Assembly: GCA_963663475.2 (NCBI GenBank)
Contig: CAXXJV010000001.1
Coordinates: forward strand, 1,088,001-1,152,000
Source: Candidatus Cloacimonadales bacterium
GTDB taxonomy: Bacteria; Cloacimonadota; Cloacimonadia; Cloacimonadales; JAFGVF01
Reading direction: 5' to 3'
Length of the DNA: 64,000 nt
Shown here: positions 32,971 to 42,834 of the stretch, in pieces
Position numbering within the stretch: position 1 is the first letter of the stretch
Layout: the number at the start of each line of letters is the position of its first letter
Program-made: the position numbers and the translations under genes
Notes under the pieces: model-generated
The model's database searches: none
Told to the model about the DNA's origin: nothing
The model's input: only the letters and a program-made list of their open reading frames with translations

Positions 32971-33981
32971 ATGAATTTTATTAAAATAATATTTGGGGTT
33001 ATATGTCTAGCATTTTTATTAAACGGGTGTATTGAAATCCCTTTTGAAACTAGCCAAGGTGAAGGTAATTATTCTGATCATATAGCTACAGCTAATATTG
33101 ATGGGACTGGTAGATTTGATATTATGGAAAGGGGATACGCATTATTTGTTACTGATCCTAACGATATCACTCAGGAAAAGTTATTACTTATTCATGACAA
33201 ACTTTACTTAATGGATTTAGATGGTACTAACAAAATCTTGTTGTTAGATATCGAGATTGAAAAAAGCTTTGGGCTTAATAATAGCAGAAATAAACTACTT
33301 TATATGCTAAATGATGATTTAATACTATATGATTTTAGAAGTGGTAGTCAAATCCATATTGCAGAAGATATAGACGTAAGTCTTGTTGATGCAAATTTTG
33401 ATAATACTGATAATAAAATTATTTACACTATAAATAAATCAGGTGTGTATTCAGCGATTAATTCTTATGATATTAATATCGGGGTAACTGAAGAACTTTA
33501 TAAAATTGAACTTGCTTCTGTTAGCGCAGACCATGTCAATATAAAAGACGTTTATCAACTTAACAATGCTGTTTTTTTTAAAAAAGCAATAAGAATTGAT
33601 AATTCTGATGGCACTATAACAGTTGTTGTTGAGATTAATAAACTAAATCTAATTTCCAGAGAAATTGATGTGCTTGATCAAGGAAACCGAATAATCCAGT
33701 TTAAACTTGATTACACTACCGGGAATATTGTACTAAAAAAAGACAATCTTTTCTTAACAAATATTTCTAATGTATCTGAACAGGTAGTAATACCACATGA
33801 TGATACATATTATTTTACAGGAGCTGATGTTAGTATTTTTAATGAATTTGTATATACTGCTAGAGGAATATATAATATTGATACTGAAGAATTTATTGAA
33901 ACATCGTTGTGGATTAATGACATCAATAAAAACAAAACCAAAATAATAGGAATTGCTGATTCACCAGCAGAGGAGGAGTAA
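32971..33981 (+). CDS. Lipoprotein, TolB-like/beta-propeller-like
   Basis: Lipobox LLNG-C; GEGNY...IATANIDGT, LYLMDLDGT; paralog of 14704..15786. Confidence 0.65.
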   Translation: MNFIKIIFGVICLAFLLNGCIEIPFETSQGEGNYSDHIATANIDGTGRFDIMERGYALFVTDPNDITQEKLLLIHDKLYLMDLDGTNKILLLDIEIEKSFGLNNSRNKLLYMLNDDLILYDFRSGSQIHIAEDIDVSLVDANFDNTDNKIIYTINKSGVYSAINSYDINIGVTEELYKIELASVSADHVNIKDVYQLNNAVFFKKAIRIDNSDGTITVVVEINKLNLISREIDVLDQGNRIIQFKLDYTTGNIVLKKDNLFLTNISNVSEQVVIPHDDTYYFTGADVSIFNEFVYTARGIYNIDTEEFIETSLWINDINKNKTKIIGIADSPAEEE

Positions 33982-34177
33982 CAAAAACATGAAAAAAATA
34001 CAGAATATCCAGAAATAAATACTTATAGTGAAGAATGGCAAAAAGCTGGACTTAATGTGGAATTCCCTGCGAATAATGAATATAATGTAGAGAATTTATC
34101 AAATGCTAATGGAAGTAATATAAATGACTTGATAGATTCATACGATAATCTAGCAATAAATAATCAGTTGCTTATAA

Positions 34178-35830
34178 CTAATCTTTCCGACACCTAAGTT
34201 ATTGCAAATAAACTACAAATTTGTGCATCATAGAGACTCATGTGTCTCTTTATCAGTTGATTATGCAATTCTGCCATTATACTGAATATCTACTTCTGTG
34301 ATTTTATCTATAATTTCTTCATTTTCAAAGAATTTTCTTATCATAATATCAACATCCTTTCTTAACTCAGTTAAATTTGTGTATCCATAAGCTATTGAAT
34401 AATCGATGAAGTCTTTTACTTTTTGAGTAAAAATCGTATTGATAAATATTATTAATGAAGCCTCTTCAAGCTCTTCATAAAATTCAATTAATAGTTGTTC
34501 CATTGAAGGATATGGCTTTTGCTGTTTTTTATAACATAGCATGTTATAAAATACGTACCTAATAGTCAAATCAGCAATCATTGCTAAGTATTTTGAAGAA
34601 TGACTCTGATTATATCCGAAATATTGTTTCATTTCTTTAAATACACATTCTATTGACCATCTTCTCATATAAATCTTTAGAACTTCTATTTCTGAAAGTC
34701 GTAAATCAGTTGTTAAGATAGCCTTCCATCTTTTAACATTAGGGTACTTAAAAAAACATATTTTTATCTTGTCTATTACTCTTCTTTCATTTATTTTTCT
34801 TGAACTTGAAGTATCCAATACTTCAACAATAATTGATTTATGTTTTATTCCAGACTTTCTATCACAAAACCATTTACCAGCTATTTTATTTAGAGTTTTC
34901 AAATCATAATATTGACCATTGAACTTATATTTCTGGGAACCATTTTTTAACATAGACACTAGTGTTATTCCAAGTGGTACAAGTCTTTCAAATACAAAGT
35001 TATAACTTGTGTTGTTATTGAACCATGAATCCCATAATACATATTTAAAAGGTATTTTTCTCTGAATAGTGCGTTTTATCATTTTAATGATAATTTGAGT
35101 CTTTTTTTCTTTTGAGAAACGATTTCTTTGCTCAGTATGAGTGCCTTTGTGGTATCTGGGTCTTTTTGACTTCTTGACTTTTTTCTTTCCAATTTTTAAT
35201 TCAAAATCTAATACAACAGCTGAGACCCCATTACTCCACACTTCAGTTATGTTTTGAAACCCCTTGAAGTATTTTGATAAACAGTGATCATGAAACCAAC
35301 TGATATATTCTGTCTTTTTTCCTGTTTTTACTTTCGATGTATCATCAAAAATTATACAATTATCATTTTCACAGGAAGTATCACTTAGCTTAATAAACCT
35401 TAAAGCAACTTTATATAATAATTTTCTCCATTTATAATTTGAGTTGTTTAGCATATCATTTATTGGTGTTTTGAATTTTGATATATTATTGAATTTTAGA
35501 CCAAAATATAAGGACTTTTTATTCTCAAGAATCATGAACATGAAAAGAAGCATCAGTTCTATAATAGTATGCCCCTTTTGTTTTACTATACCAACTTGCT
35601 TCAAAATACTCCCAAATTTAAATATTTCAAATAAATCTATTATTAATCCTGAATTCAAGCTTGACACTTTTACCTGTTTGTATTCTTTTAGCATATATAC
35701 CTCGTTTTTTATAGTTTCGTTTATTTCCGTAAACAACTAAACTATAATCATATACGAGGTATTTTTGTCAAAAAGTAATTTTACTTATTTTATTGTTAAA
35801 CAACAACTTAATTCATGTCGGAAAGATTAG
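34178..35830 (-). mobile_element. IS4-superfamily (IS701/ISH3-like) insertion sequence, apparently intact
   Basis: Perfect terminal IRs CTAATCTTTCCGACA / TGTCGGAAAGATTAG (extendable by TAA/TTA); no clear target duplication. Confidence 0.88.
34261..35736 (-). CDS. DDE transposase
   Basis: IFDDT, VLWDSWF, YMRRWSIECVFKEMKQ. Confidence 0.92.
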   Translation of the reverse strand: MFTEINETIKNEVYMLKEYKQVKVSSLNSGLIIDLFEIFKFGSILKQVGIVKQKGHTIIELMLLFMFMILENKKSLYFGLKFNNISKFKTPINDMLNNSNYKWRKLLYKVALRFIKLSDTSCENDNCIIFDDTSKVKTGKKTEYISWFHDHCLSKYFKGFQNITEVWSNGVSAVVLDFELKIGKKKVKKSKRPRYHKGTHTEQRNRFSKEKKTQIIIKMIKRTIQRKIPFKYVLWDSWFNNNTSYNFVFERLVPLGITLVSMLKNGSQKYKFNGQYYDLKTLNKIAGKWFCDRKSGIKHKSIIVEVLDTSSSRKINERRVIDKIKICFFKYPNVKRWKAILTTDLRLSEIEVLKIYMRRWSIECVFKEMKQYFGYNQSHSSKYLAMIADLTIRYVFYNMLCYKKQQKPYPSMEQLLIEFYEELEEASLIIFINTIFTQKVKDFIDYSIAYGYTNLTELRKDVDIMIRKFFENEEIIDKITEVDIQYNGRIA

Positions 35831-35891
35831 TTAATATAGCATTTGAAAATTATTTGCAGTTTGTTCTTTACCTTTGTCTAGGGATATTATT

Positions 35892-35924
35892 AACCCAATA
35901 AAGCTCTATTGCACCATTGGGATT
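35892..35924. repeat. Family A minimal derivative
   Basis: AACCCAAT fused to AAAGCTCTATTGCACCATTGGGATT. Confidence 0.6.
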
Positions 35925-35941
35925 AACTTCTGCTTCAATTA

Positions 35942-36105
35942 AACCCAATAATGCAGTAGACCTTTGCGAATAGCACTATCTTCTTTTGCAAAAGTAAGCT
36001 ACATAATTTTCAGGAATATATATATTATATGCCTTCAAATTCTGTAACTTATTTTGCTAAAAGAATCTAGCACTCTTCATCAAAGTTCTACTGCACCATT
36101 CGGTT
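35942..36105 (+). mobile_element. MITE-like repeat family A, full copy
   Basis: Same termini and core as the other copies. Confidence 0.8.
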
Positions 36106-36111
36106 AAAACT

Positions 36112-36299
36112 GGATCTCTCTCAAGTAGAGTGGGAACTAATTATAACAGTGAATCAAGTAGCTTAAAATCCTCATAGCTCTATGGTCCGACATCTTTGTA
36201 GATATGTGATGCAATACTCTTCTATCTGCAACAATTTGTTTCTTATGATGAGACTTGTTTTCTTATCTACCTGATACACACCTTACTTGAGAGAGAGTC
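36112..36299. mobile_element. MITE-like family B, copy 1
   Basis: GGATCTCTCTCAAGTAGAGTGGGAAC ... ACACCTTACTTGAGAGAGAGTC imperfect terminal IRs. Confidence 0.6.
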
Positions 36300-36322
36300 T
36301 TAAACCTTTATGGCTTTAAATG

Positions 36323-37042
36323 TTATTTCTTCGCAATTACAAGCATTTCTATCTCCTCAAACCCTAAAGAATTTTTAGTAAAAACGCCATCTTTACAAGA
36401 AAATACTTTAATGTCGCTAAATCCTGCTAGAGTTAATAACATAGTTAGCTCGGAGGGTATATAGACTCGTTGAACTTCTTTTAGAATGTTACCTTCCGAA
36501 ACTTCAGCACTCCAAGTAAATTCGCCCTTTATAAAGTCAAACTTAGGGTTTTCATCCTTAGATTTAAGATATCTTCTTAAACCATTAAAACATGTAATCA
36601 CAAATTTTGAACCTTCGTTTAGTAAGTTAAAAACCACTTTATAGAAGTTAAGTTCTTTTTCCAGATTACCCAAAACACCGATACCTGCTTCATTTAGACA
36701 GATAACTCCATTAAAACTATTTTTTGGAAAGTTTAGTTTGTTAATTTCTGCTAGATTTGCTTGAATGAAATGTAGGGTTATTCTGGCATTTTTAGCTCTC
36801 TTTCTAGCTTCAAGAAGCATATATTCAGAAATATCTATACCCGTTACTATAAACCCTTTTTTAGCTAATGATATAGAATGTCTGCCTGCTCCACAACCTA
36901 AATCTAATATTTTACTTTCTTTGTCTAATAACATTTCTTTAATAATAAACTCTACTTGTTGCTCTGTTTTTTGTAGAAAATTATTATCTATTTGCTTGAT
37001 AGATAATTCACTCATAGTTTTATTTTGCCAAGGACTACTCAC
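36323..37042 (-). CDS. Class I SAM-dependent methyltransferase
   Basis: ILDLGCGAGRHS, VTGIDIS; AGGAG RBS before GTG. Confidence 0.9.
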   Translation of the reverse strand: MSSPWQNKTMSELSIKQIDNNFLQKTEQQVEFIIKEMLLDKESKILDLGCGAGRHSISLAKKGFIVTGIDISEYMLLEARKRAKNARITLHFIQANLAEINKLNFPKNSFNGVICLNEAGIGVLGNLEKELNFYKVVFNLLNEGSKFVITCFNGLRRYLKSKDENPKFDFIKGEFTWSAEVSEGNILKEVQRVYIPSELTMLLTLAGFSDIKVFSCKDGVFTKNSLGFEEIEMLVIAKK

Positions 37043-37141
37043 TGTTAAACTCCTATATATTTTCTATTATAAGCAATTAGGACTATCTGATTAAAGTAGG
37101 CAAGCTTTTTATTTTCTTTTATTGGGAAAGATGAGAGGATA

Positions 37142-37326
37142 GCTCTCTCCAAAGTAGAGTGGGTTCTGAATATAAAATATCTAATGTCTATAAGAAAAAT
37201 TGCTGTAATTATGCAATGAAGCATCTTTGTCGGAAGGTGGACGGCCTCGTCCGCCATTAGTTTCAAAAAAAATTTGTAGTATTTTTTCAGTATTATAGTA
37301 GTACCCACTCTACTTAAAAGAGATCC
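37142..37326. mobile_element. MITE-like family B, copy 2
   Basis: GCTCTCTCCAAAGTAGAGTGGGTTC ... GTACCCACTCTACTTAAAAGAGATCC. Confidence 0.6.
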
Positions 37327-37587
37327 TAAAATAATAAATGCTTTAAACTGAACTAAACCATGTTTTTAAAAAAAATGAGAGAACTATAACCATTTTTAAG
37401 AAAGTGGACTCTATAGTATTGGGATGGACAGATTCTCTTCATCTTTTTCATGATTCTGTGTCATCTGTGTTAAGGATCTACTTTTCAGTGTAATTCGTGA
37501 AATTAGTGGATAGAAGATTTTTATTGATAGTTTTTAATTGACACTTCTTTCCCCCTTTTTAGGATAAATTCAAAGGTGTAAGAAAAT

Positions 37588-38052
37588 ATGAAAATTAGAA
37601 TAATATGTCCAGGCAAGACTAAACAGAAATTTATAGAAGAGGGAATAGCAGAATACACTAAAAGGTTAACTGCCTTCTGCAAGTTAGAAATTATTGAGAC
37701 AGCAGATGTTAAGTTATCTTCTTCCAATAATATTGATATAGTTAAAGAAAAAGAAGCAGAAATAATTGGGAAATATATAAAAAATGATAATTATCTAATT
37801 GCCCTAGATGAGAAGGGAAAACACTTTAGTTCAGTAGATTTTGCGGGATTTATTGACAATTATAAGGGAATAAGAAATATTGACTTCTTGATAGGTGGAG
37901 TATATGGTTTAGCTGATGAATTAAGGCAGAGAGCTGATCTTTTGCTGTCTTTTTCTCAAATGACCTTTACTCACAGAATGATAAGAATGTTATTAGTAGA
38001 ACAAATTTACCGCAGTTTTTGTATATTAAATGGTAAAAAATATCATTATTAA
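37588..38052 (+). CDS. rlmH: 23S rRNA (pseudouridine1915-N3)-methyltransferase
   Basis: IALDEKGK..SS..FA, FLIGG.YG, SFSQMTFTH.M.R..L.EQIYR, YHY. Confidence 0.95.
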   Translation: MKIRIICPGKTKQKFIEEGIAEYTKRLTAFCKLEIIETADVKLSSSNNIDIVKEKEAEIIGKYIKNDNYLIALDEKGKHFSSVDFAGFIDNYKGIRNIDFLIGGVYGLADELRQRADLLLSFSQMTFTHRMIRMLLVEQIYRSFCILNGKKYHY

Positions 38053-38063
38053 AAGAGGTGATT

Positions 38064-38201
38064 ATGAGTGATTTAATGTTAGCTGTTAGTTTTATGTGGA
38101 AAGGTATGTTGGGTATTTTTGCTTTTATGTTTCTTTTCTATGGAATCATAACTAGCTTAGACAGAATATTTGTGAAGAACAATAAAGGAAAAACTAAATA
38201 G
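38064..38201 (+). CDS. 45-aa single-pass membrane protein, OadG-related small subunit-like (not in ORF track)
   Basis: GAGGTG RBS; MSDLMLAVSFMWKGMLGIFAFMFLFYGIITSLDRIFVKNNKGKTK; fills the rlmH-rsmG gap. Confidence 0.7.
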   Translation: MSDLMLAVSFMWKGMLGIFAFMFLFYGIITSLDRIFVKNNKGKTK

Positions 38202-38202
38202 A

Positions 38203-38817
38203 ATGGCAAACAAAGAAATTTTCTTTAAGTATCTTGAAGATAACTTTCCAGAAAGATCTCTTGCTTTAAAGGCTAAATTTGAAGAATACTATCATGTTTT
38301 AGTTGAAGCTAATTCCAAGATAAATCTCTTTTCCAGAAAAATGCCCTTAGAAGAGATATGGACAACCCATTTCTATGATTCTCTTTTGCCTTATAAGTTA
38401 ATTGATTCTAGTAAAAAGAGACTTTTAGATTTTGGTACCGGTGGTGGTTTACCTGGTATTCCAATGGCTATTATCTACCCTCAAATGCAGGTTAATCTCT
38501 TAGATGGAACTAAGAAAAAGATCATGGTGATTAATGAGATGATAGAAATTCTTGATTTACCTAATGTTGGGACTATTTGGTCTCGGATTGAGGATTATAA
38601 TACAATTAATAAGTATGACTACATAATCTGTCGTTCAGTTAAAATTACTCCTCAGTTTAAACAACCCCTACTAAATGTACTTTCTCCCAAAGGTAAGATA
38701 ATTCTCTATAAGAGTAAAATCCTGGATGATGTAGTCCAGTTTGATAAATATAAGATACATAACTACAGTAATGAAATTTTAGGAACTAGAAATATAGTAG
38801 AGATAAATTATGAGTAG
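38203..38817 (+). CDS. rsmG: 16S rRNA (guanine527-N7)-methyltransferase
   Basis: NL.S, HFYDS, DFGTGGGLPGIP, LLDG..KK, RIE. Confidence 0.93.
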   Translation: MANKEIFFKYLEDNFPERSLALKAKFEEYYHVLVEANSKINLFSRKMPLEEIWTTHFYDSLLPYKLIDSSKKRLLDFGTGGGLPGIPMAIIYPQMQVNLLDGTKKKIMVINEMIEILDLPNVGTIWSRIEDYNTINKYDYIICRSVKITPQFKQPLLNVLSPKGKIILYKSKILDDVVQFDKYKIHNYSNEILGTRNIVEINYE

Positions 38818-39568
38818 AATAATTTCAATAGTAAATCAAAAGGGTGGTGTAGGTAAGACCACAACAGCTATGAACTTAGCTGCAGGCTTGGCTGTTATGG
38901 AGAAGAAGACTCTCCTGATAGATTTAGATCCCCAAGGTAACTCATCTAGTGGCTTAGGTATTGATAAGAATGAAATTGAAAAACATGTATATCATGTGAT
39001 TATTGGTAAGATAGATATTTCTGAGACAATTATGCCAACTTCAATGGATAACTTAGATATTGTACCTGCAAATATTAATTTAACTGGGGCTGAAATTGAG
39101 CTTGTTAAAGAATTTGCCAGAGAACAAAAACTCAAAGAAGCTCTTAAATCTATCTCAAATAACTATGAATTTATTATTATAGACTGTCCTCCTTCTTTAG
39201 GTCTTCTCTCAGTAAATGCTCTTACTGCTTGTACTGATGTTATCATTCCTATCCAGTGTGAATATTTTGCCTTGGAAGGGGTAAGTCAACTCTTAAATAC
39301 TATCAGACTTATTCAGCAGAATCTAAATCCCAAACTCAATGTTTTTGGCATTCTGCTTACGATGTATGATAAAAGACTTAACTTAGCTAATCAAGTAGTA
39401 TCCGAAGTAAAACGTTATTTCAAAGAACAAGTCTTTGAAACTATGATAAATAGAAATGTAAAACTTAGTGAAGCTCCTTCTTATGGGAAATCTATCTTTG
39501 AATATGATATCAAATCTGTAGGTTCCCAAAATTATCTTGAGTTAGCTTCCGAGGTGGTGAATAAATGA
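38810..39568 (+). CDS. parA: Chromosome partitioning ATPase ParA/Soj
   Basis: NQKGGVGKTTT, DLDPQGN, IDCPPSLG, QCEYFALEG, EAPSYG. Confidence 0.95.
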   Translation: MSRIISIVNQKGGVGKTTTAMNLAAGLAVMEKKTLLIDLDPQGNSSSGLGIDKNEIEKHVYHVIIGKIDISETIMPTSMDNLDIVPANINLTGAEIELVKEFAREQKLKEALKSISNNYEFIIIDCPPSLGLLSVNALTACTDVIIPIQCEYFALEGVSQLLNTIRLIQQNLNPKLNVFGILLTMYDKRLNLANQVVSEVKRYFKEQVFETMINRNVKLSEAPSYGKSIFEYDIKSVGSQNYLELASEVVNK

Positions 39569-40413
39569 GTTTTGAATTAGGCCGTGGATTAGATTCCTTA
39601 ATTTCTAAATTACCTGAATCAACTAATAATGAAACAGGGATAACAACTGTCAAAATAGACTATATTCATCCCAATAAACTCCAACCCAGAAAGCTATTTG
39701 ATCAAGAAAAGCTTGAAGAATTAGCCAATTCAATTAAAGAAAATGGTATAATTCAACCAATAATAGTTACTAAAAGAATGGATGAAGACGGCTATGAATT
39801 AGTTGCTGGAGAAAGACGTTTGGAGGCTTCTAAATTAGCAGGCTTTGATGAGATACCAGTGATTATTCGGTCGATTTCTCCCAAAGAAAAGCTCCTCTAT
39901 GCTATCATAGAAAATGTTCAAAGAGAAGACTTAAATGCCATTGAAGAAGCTTTAGCTTATAATCAGTTGATAGATGATTTTGGTATGTCTCAGGCCCAGG
40001 TAGCTGAAATGATGGGTAAAGATCGTTCTACAATTACTAACACCCTTAGAATGCTTAAGCTTGCCCCACCTGTCCAAAAACTCCTTCTAAATAATGATAT
40101 ATCAGCAGGTCATTGTCGGGCTATTTTACAAGTAGCTCAAGCTGAACAAGAAGATTTTGCCAATATGATCCTGAAAAACTCCTTATCAGTTAGAAAGGCA
40201 GAAGAATTGGCTAAAAATTGGCAAGGAAAAGCTAAGAAAAAACAAGCTGCATTTCAACGGAGAAAAGATGTAGAGGGTATTTTAAAAAATCAACTCAATC
40301 TTAAAATTAAAGTTGAAGAAAAGAATGGTAAGGGTAAGATTGTGATAAATTATTCTAACCAAGAAGAATTAAATAAATTACTTAAATCACTTGAAAGAAA
40401 ACAGCATGTTTAA
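39565..40413 (+). CDS. parB: Chromosome partitioning protein ParB
   Basis: LGRGL, QPRK.F, GIIQPI, AGERR, ENVQREDLN.IEEA, HTH GKDRST. Confidence 0.95.
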   Translation: MSFELGRGLDSLISKLPESTNNETGITTVKIDYIHPNKLQPRKLFDQEKLEELANSIKENGIIQPIIVTKRMDEDGYELVAGERRLEASKLAGFDEIPVIIRSISPKEKLLYAIIENVQREDLNAIEEALAYNQLIDDFGMSQAQVAEMMGKDRSTITNTLRMLKLAPPVQKLLLNNDISAGHCRAILQVAQAEQEDFANMILKNSLSVRKAEELAKNWQGKAKKKQAAFQRRKDVEGILKNQLNLKIKVEEKNGKGKIVINYSNQEELNKLLKSLERKQHV

Positions 40414-40639
40414 AAAGTATGAGGGATTTGACCCAAGTTTACTTAAATATCTCAGTCTAATCACCCAGCTGGGACTTTCAATGATTAGTTCAATCGTTAT
40501 TTTTTTATTGATTGGCCGTTGGCTTGATTCCTTACTTGAAACTGAAAATGTATTTTTAATTACAGGTATTATATTAGGTATCCTTAGTGGTATCTTATCA
40601 AATTACATGCTTTTAAAGAAATTTTATGGAAATCAATAA
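40406..40639 (+). CDS. atpZ: AtpZ/AtpI-family ATP synthase accessory protein
   Basis: Two TM segments, G.WLD motif, first gene of the atp cluster, overlaps the parB stop. Confidence 0.8.
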   Translation: MFKKYEGFDPSLLKYLSLITQLGLSMISSIVIFLLIGRWLDSLLETENVFLITGIILGILSGILSNYMLLKKFYGNQ

Positions 40640-41012
40640 ATATATTCTTAGAATTATTAGAATAATTATCTTGACAAATATACCCCTTGTTATATCGATA
40701 TTTATATCTAATAAAGAGTGGGTCAGCTTTAGTTATATTTTAGGTTCAATAGCTAGTGCGGGGAATTTTATCTGGCATAGCTTTGTTGTGCGAAATGCAC
40801 TATCAATGAACGAGAATGCAACTAAACTGCGGGTGGTTAAAGGCTTTTATTTACGCTATGTCGTATTTGTGCTTTATGCCTTTATCATAGCTTTTTTATT
40901 CAGAAATCAGATTGATATTATCTGGTTTGGATTTGGATTATTATCTGCCCAAATCTCTATCTATTTAGATACGATTTGGACTTTAATAAAAAAATACTTA
41001 AGAATCGAGTAA
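40626..41012 (+). CDS. atpI: ATP synthase protein I
   Basis: Four TM segments, N.., ..LRY motif, located before atpB. Confidence 0.75.
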   Translation: MEINKYILRIIRIIILTNIPLVISIFISNKEWVSFSYILGSIASAGNFIWHSFVVRNALSMNENATKLRVVKGFYLRYVVFVLYAFIIAFLFRNQIDIIWFGFGLLSAQISIYLDTIWTLIKKYLRIE

Positions 41013-41015
41013 ACT

Positions 41016-42023
41016 ATGACAAAAAAGAAAATTATTTTAATTGCTTTAGGCATTGTCTTTGTTGTTGAACTTGTTCTATCATTCTATCTAAACTTCAGTA
41101 TAAACTTAGGTACTAACCCTGAAACAGGTAAGTTCGGTATTTATGTTACTGAAGAAGTGGTAGCAATGCAGGATAAAATCAATGAAGAGACTCAACCTGA
41201 TCAGCATTTAATGGATTCTCAAGTAGTAACCAAGTATAAGACTGATAATCCAGACTGGACTATCGCTAATGTTATTGAAAATATTGAATCAAGCCAGGCT
41301 GAGGAAGATTTAGAACACATCAAGGAATATTTACCTTGGGGATCTACTTCCATCTATCTCTTCTTCCATAAATTTCTGGGTGATTCTGCAACTATAAGTG
41401 CAATTCGTATGATTCGCATGATGTTTATAGTTGATCTAATTTTGATAATCTTAGCCTTAATGGTCCGTCGTAAAATTCAGTTTAAACCTGGTAAGCTACA
41501 AGTCGCAACAGAGTGGATTTACGATTCTTTTGAAGGTTTAGTTGGTGAATCCTTAGGGAAGAATAACAAACACTTTACGCCTTATCTCTTAACACTATTC
41601 CTCTTTATCTGGATTAGTAATATGATAGGCTTAATTCCTATTCCAGGAATAAGTGAGCCAACTAGGAATTTGAATGTCACAATCGGTCTTGGTATCATTG
41701 CCATTATAGTCGTACAATACAACGCCATTAAAAAGAAAGGGTTATGGACTCATCTAAAGAGTTTTGCTGAACCTATGTTCTTCTTGGCCCCCCTTAACAT
41801 CATTGGTGAACTTTCCAAAGTAGTTTCCATTGCCTTCCGTCTTTTCGGTAATATAATGGGTGGGGCAATTATTATCTTAGTGGTGTCTGAATTAGTCAAA
41901 TATATCATGGTGCCAATTGTTTTATCAGGCTTCTTTGGACTCTTTGCTGGGTCTGTGCAAGCATTTGTTTTCACAATGTTAGCTATGAGTTACTTGGCAG
42001 TAGAAATTAATTCAGAAGAGTAG
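41016..42023 (+). CDS. atpB: Fo subunit a with N-terminal extension
   Basis: PGKLQ, N.IGLIP, PT.NLN, PLNIIGE, RLFGN, QAFVF.ML. Confidence 0.93.
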   Translation: MTKKKIILIALGIVFVVELVLSFYLNFSINLGTNPETGKFGIYVTEEVVAMQDKINEETQPDQHLMDSQVVTKYKTDNPDWTIANVIENIESSQAEEDLEHIKEYLPWGSTSIYLFFHKFLGDSATISAIRMIRMMFIVDLILIILALMVRRKIQFKPGKLQVATEWIYDSFEGLVGESLGKNNKHFTPYLLTLFLFIWISNMIGLIPIPGISEPTRNLNVTIGLGIIAIIVVQYNAIKKKGLWTHLKSFAEPMFFLAPLNIIGELSKVVSIAFRLFGNIMGGAIIILVVSELVKYIMVPIVLSGFFGLFAGSVQAFVFTMLAMSYLAVEINSEE

Positions 42024-42031
42024 GAGGAAAA

Positions 42032-42784
42032 ATGATACAAACAGATAGTTTTTTACTAATCAGTGCCTATTTAGGTGCTGCATTAAGTACAGGATTAGCT
42101 TCCATTAGTGCTGGTATAGGTGAGGGATATGCTGCTGGAGAAGCAGCTAAAGCTCTTGCTAAGCAACCAAAAGCAGGAGATGGACTCTTAAGAACTATGC
42201 TAATTAGTCAAGCTGTTACAGAAACAGGGGCTATTTTTGGTTTAGTTATCTCACTTCTTCTCATTTTTGGTGGAGCAGGCCATATTGCTGGTTCCTGGTT
42301 CAAGGTAGGTGCACTTTTAGCATCTGGTTTGGCAATGGGACTAGGCTCAATAGGTCCTGGTTTTGGTGCTGGCTATACTGGTGGACAGGCCTGTAGTGTG
42401 ATTTCCAGACTTCCAAAAGAATCAAACAGAGTAACCACAAATATGTTAATAGGTCAAGCTTTGGCACAAACTGATGCAATCTTTGCCTTAGTAGTTGCCT
42501 TACTTCTATTATACAGTGTTCCTAATCCAACAGCTTCCACAGGTCTTGGTCATTTTGTTGTGAAGATATCTGCCTTTCTCGGAGCTTCATTAGCAATAGG
42601 ACTAGGTACTTTAGGACCTGGAATGGGAATAGGATTCGTAACAGGCCGAGCCTCTAACATGTTGGGACGTTTTCCTCGAGAAAGGGGAGCAATTTCCAGA
42701 ACAATGTTCTTAGGTGCAGCTGTTTCAGAATCAACTGCTATCTACGCTCTTGTAATAGCATTCTTGTTAATTTTCTTCTCATAA
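42032..42784 (+). CDS. atpE: Fo subunit c, fused three-hairpin form
   Basis: Three c repeats with loops KQP, RLP, RFP and outer helices QAVTETGAIF, QALAQTDAIF, AAVSESTAIY. Confidence 0.9.
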   Translation: MIQTDSFLLISAYLGAALSTGLASISAGIGEGYAAGEAAKALAKQPKAGDGLLRTMLISQAVTETGAIFGLVISLLLIFGGAGHIAGSWFKVGALLASGLAMGLGSIGPGFGAGYTGGQACSVISRLPKESNRVTTNMLIGQALAQTDAIFALVVALLLLYSVPNPTASTGLGHFVVKISAFLGASLAIGLGTLGPGMGIGFVTGRASNMLGRFPRERGAISRTMFLGAAVSESTAIYALVIAFLLIFFS

Positions 42785-42834
42785 TGAGAATACAAATATA
42801 AAAATAAAAAAATAAAAAATCCGTTGGAGGAATA

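Noticed and set aside
38030-38063. SCC-like integration at the rlmH 3' end
   Set aside because: rlmH is followed directly by the small ORF and rsmG; no recombinase or att duplication
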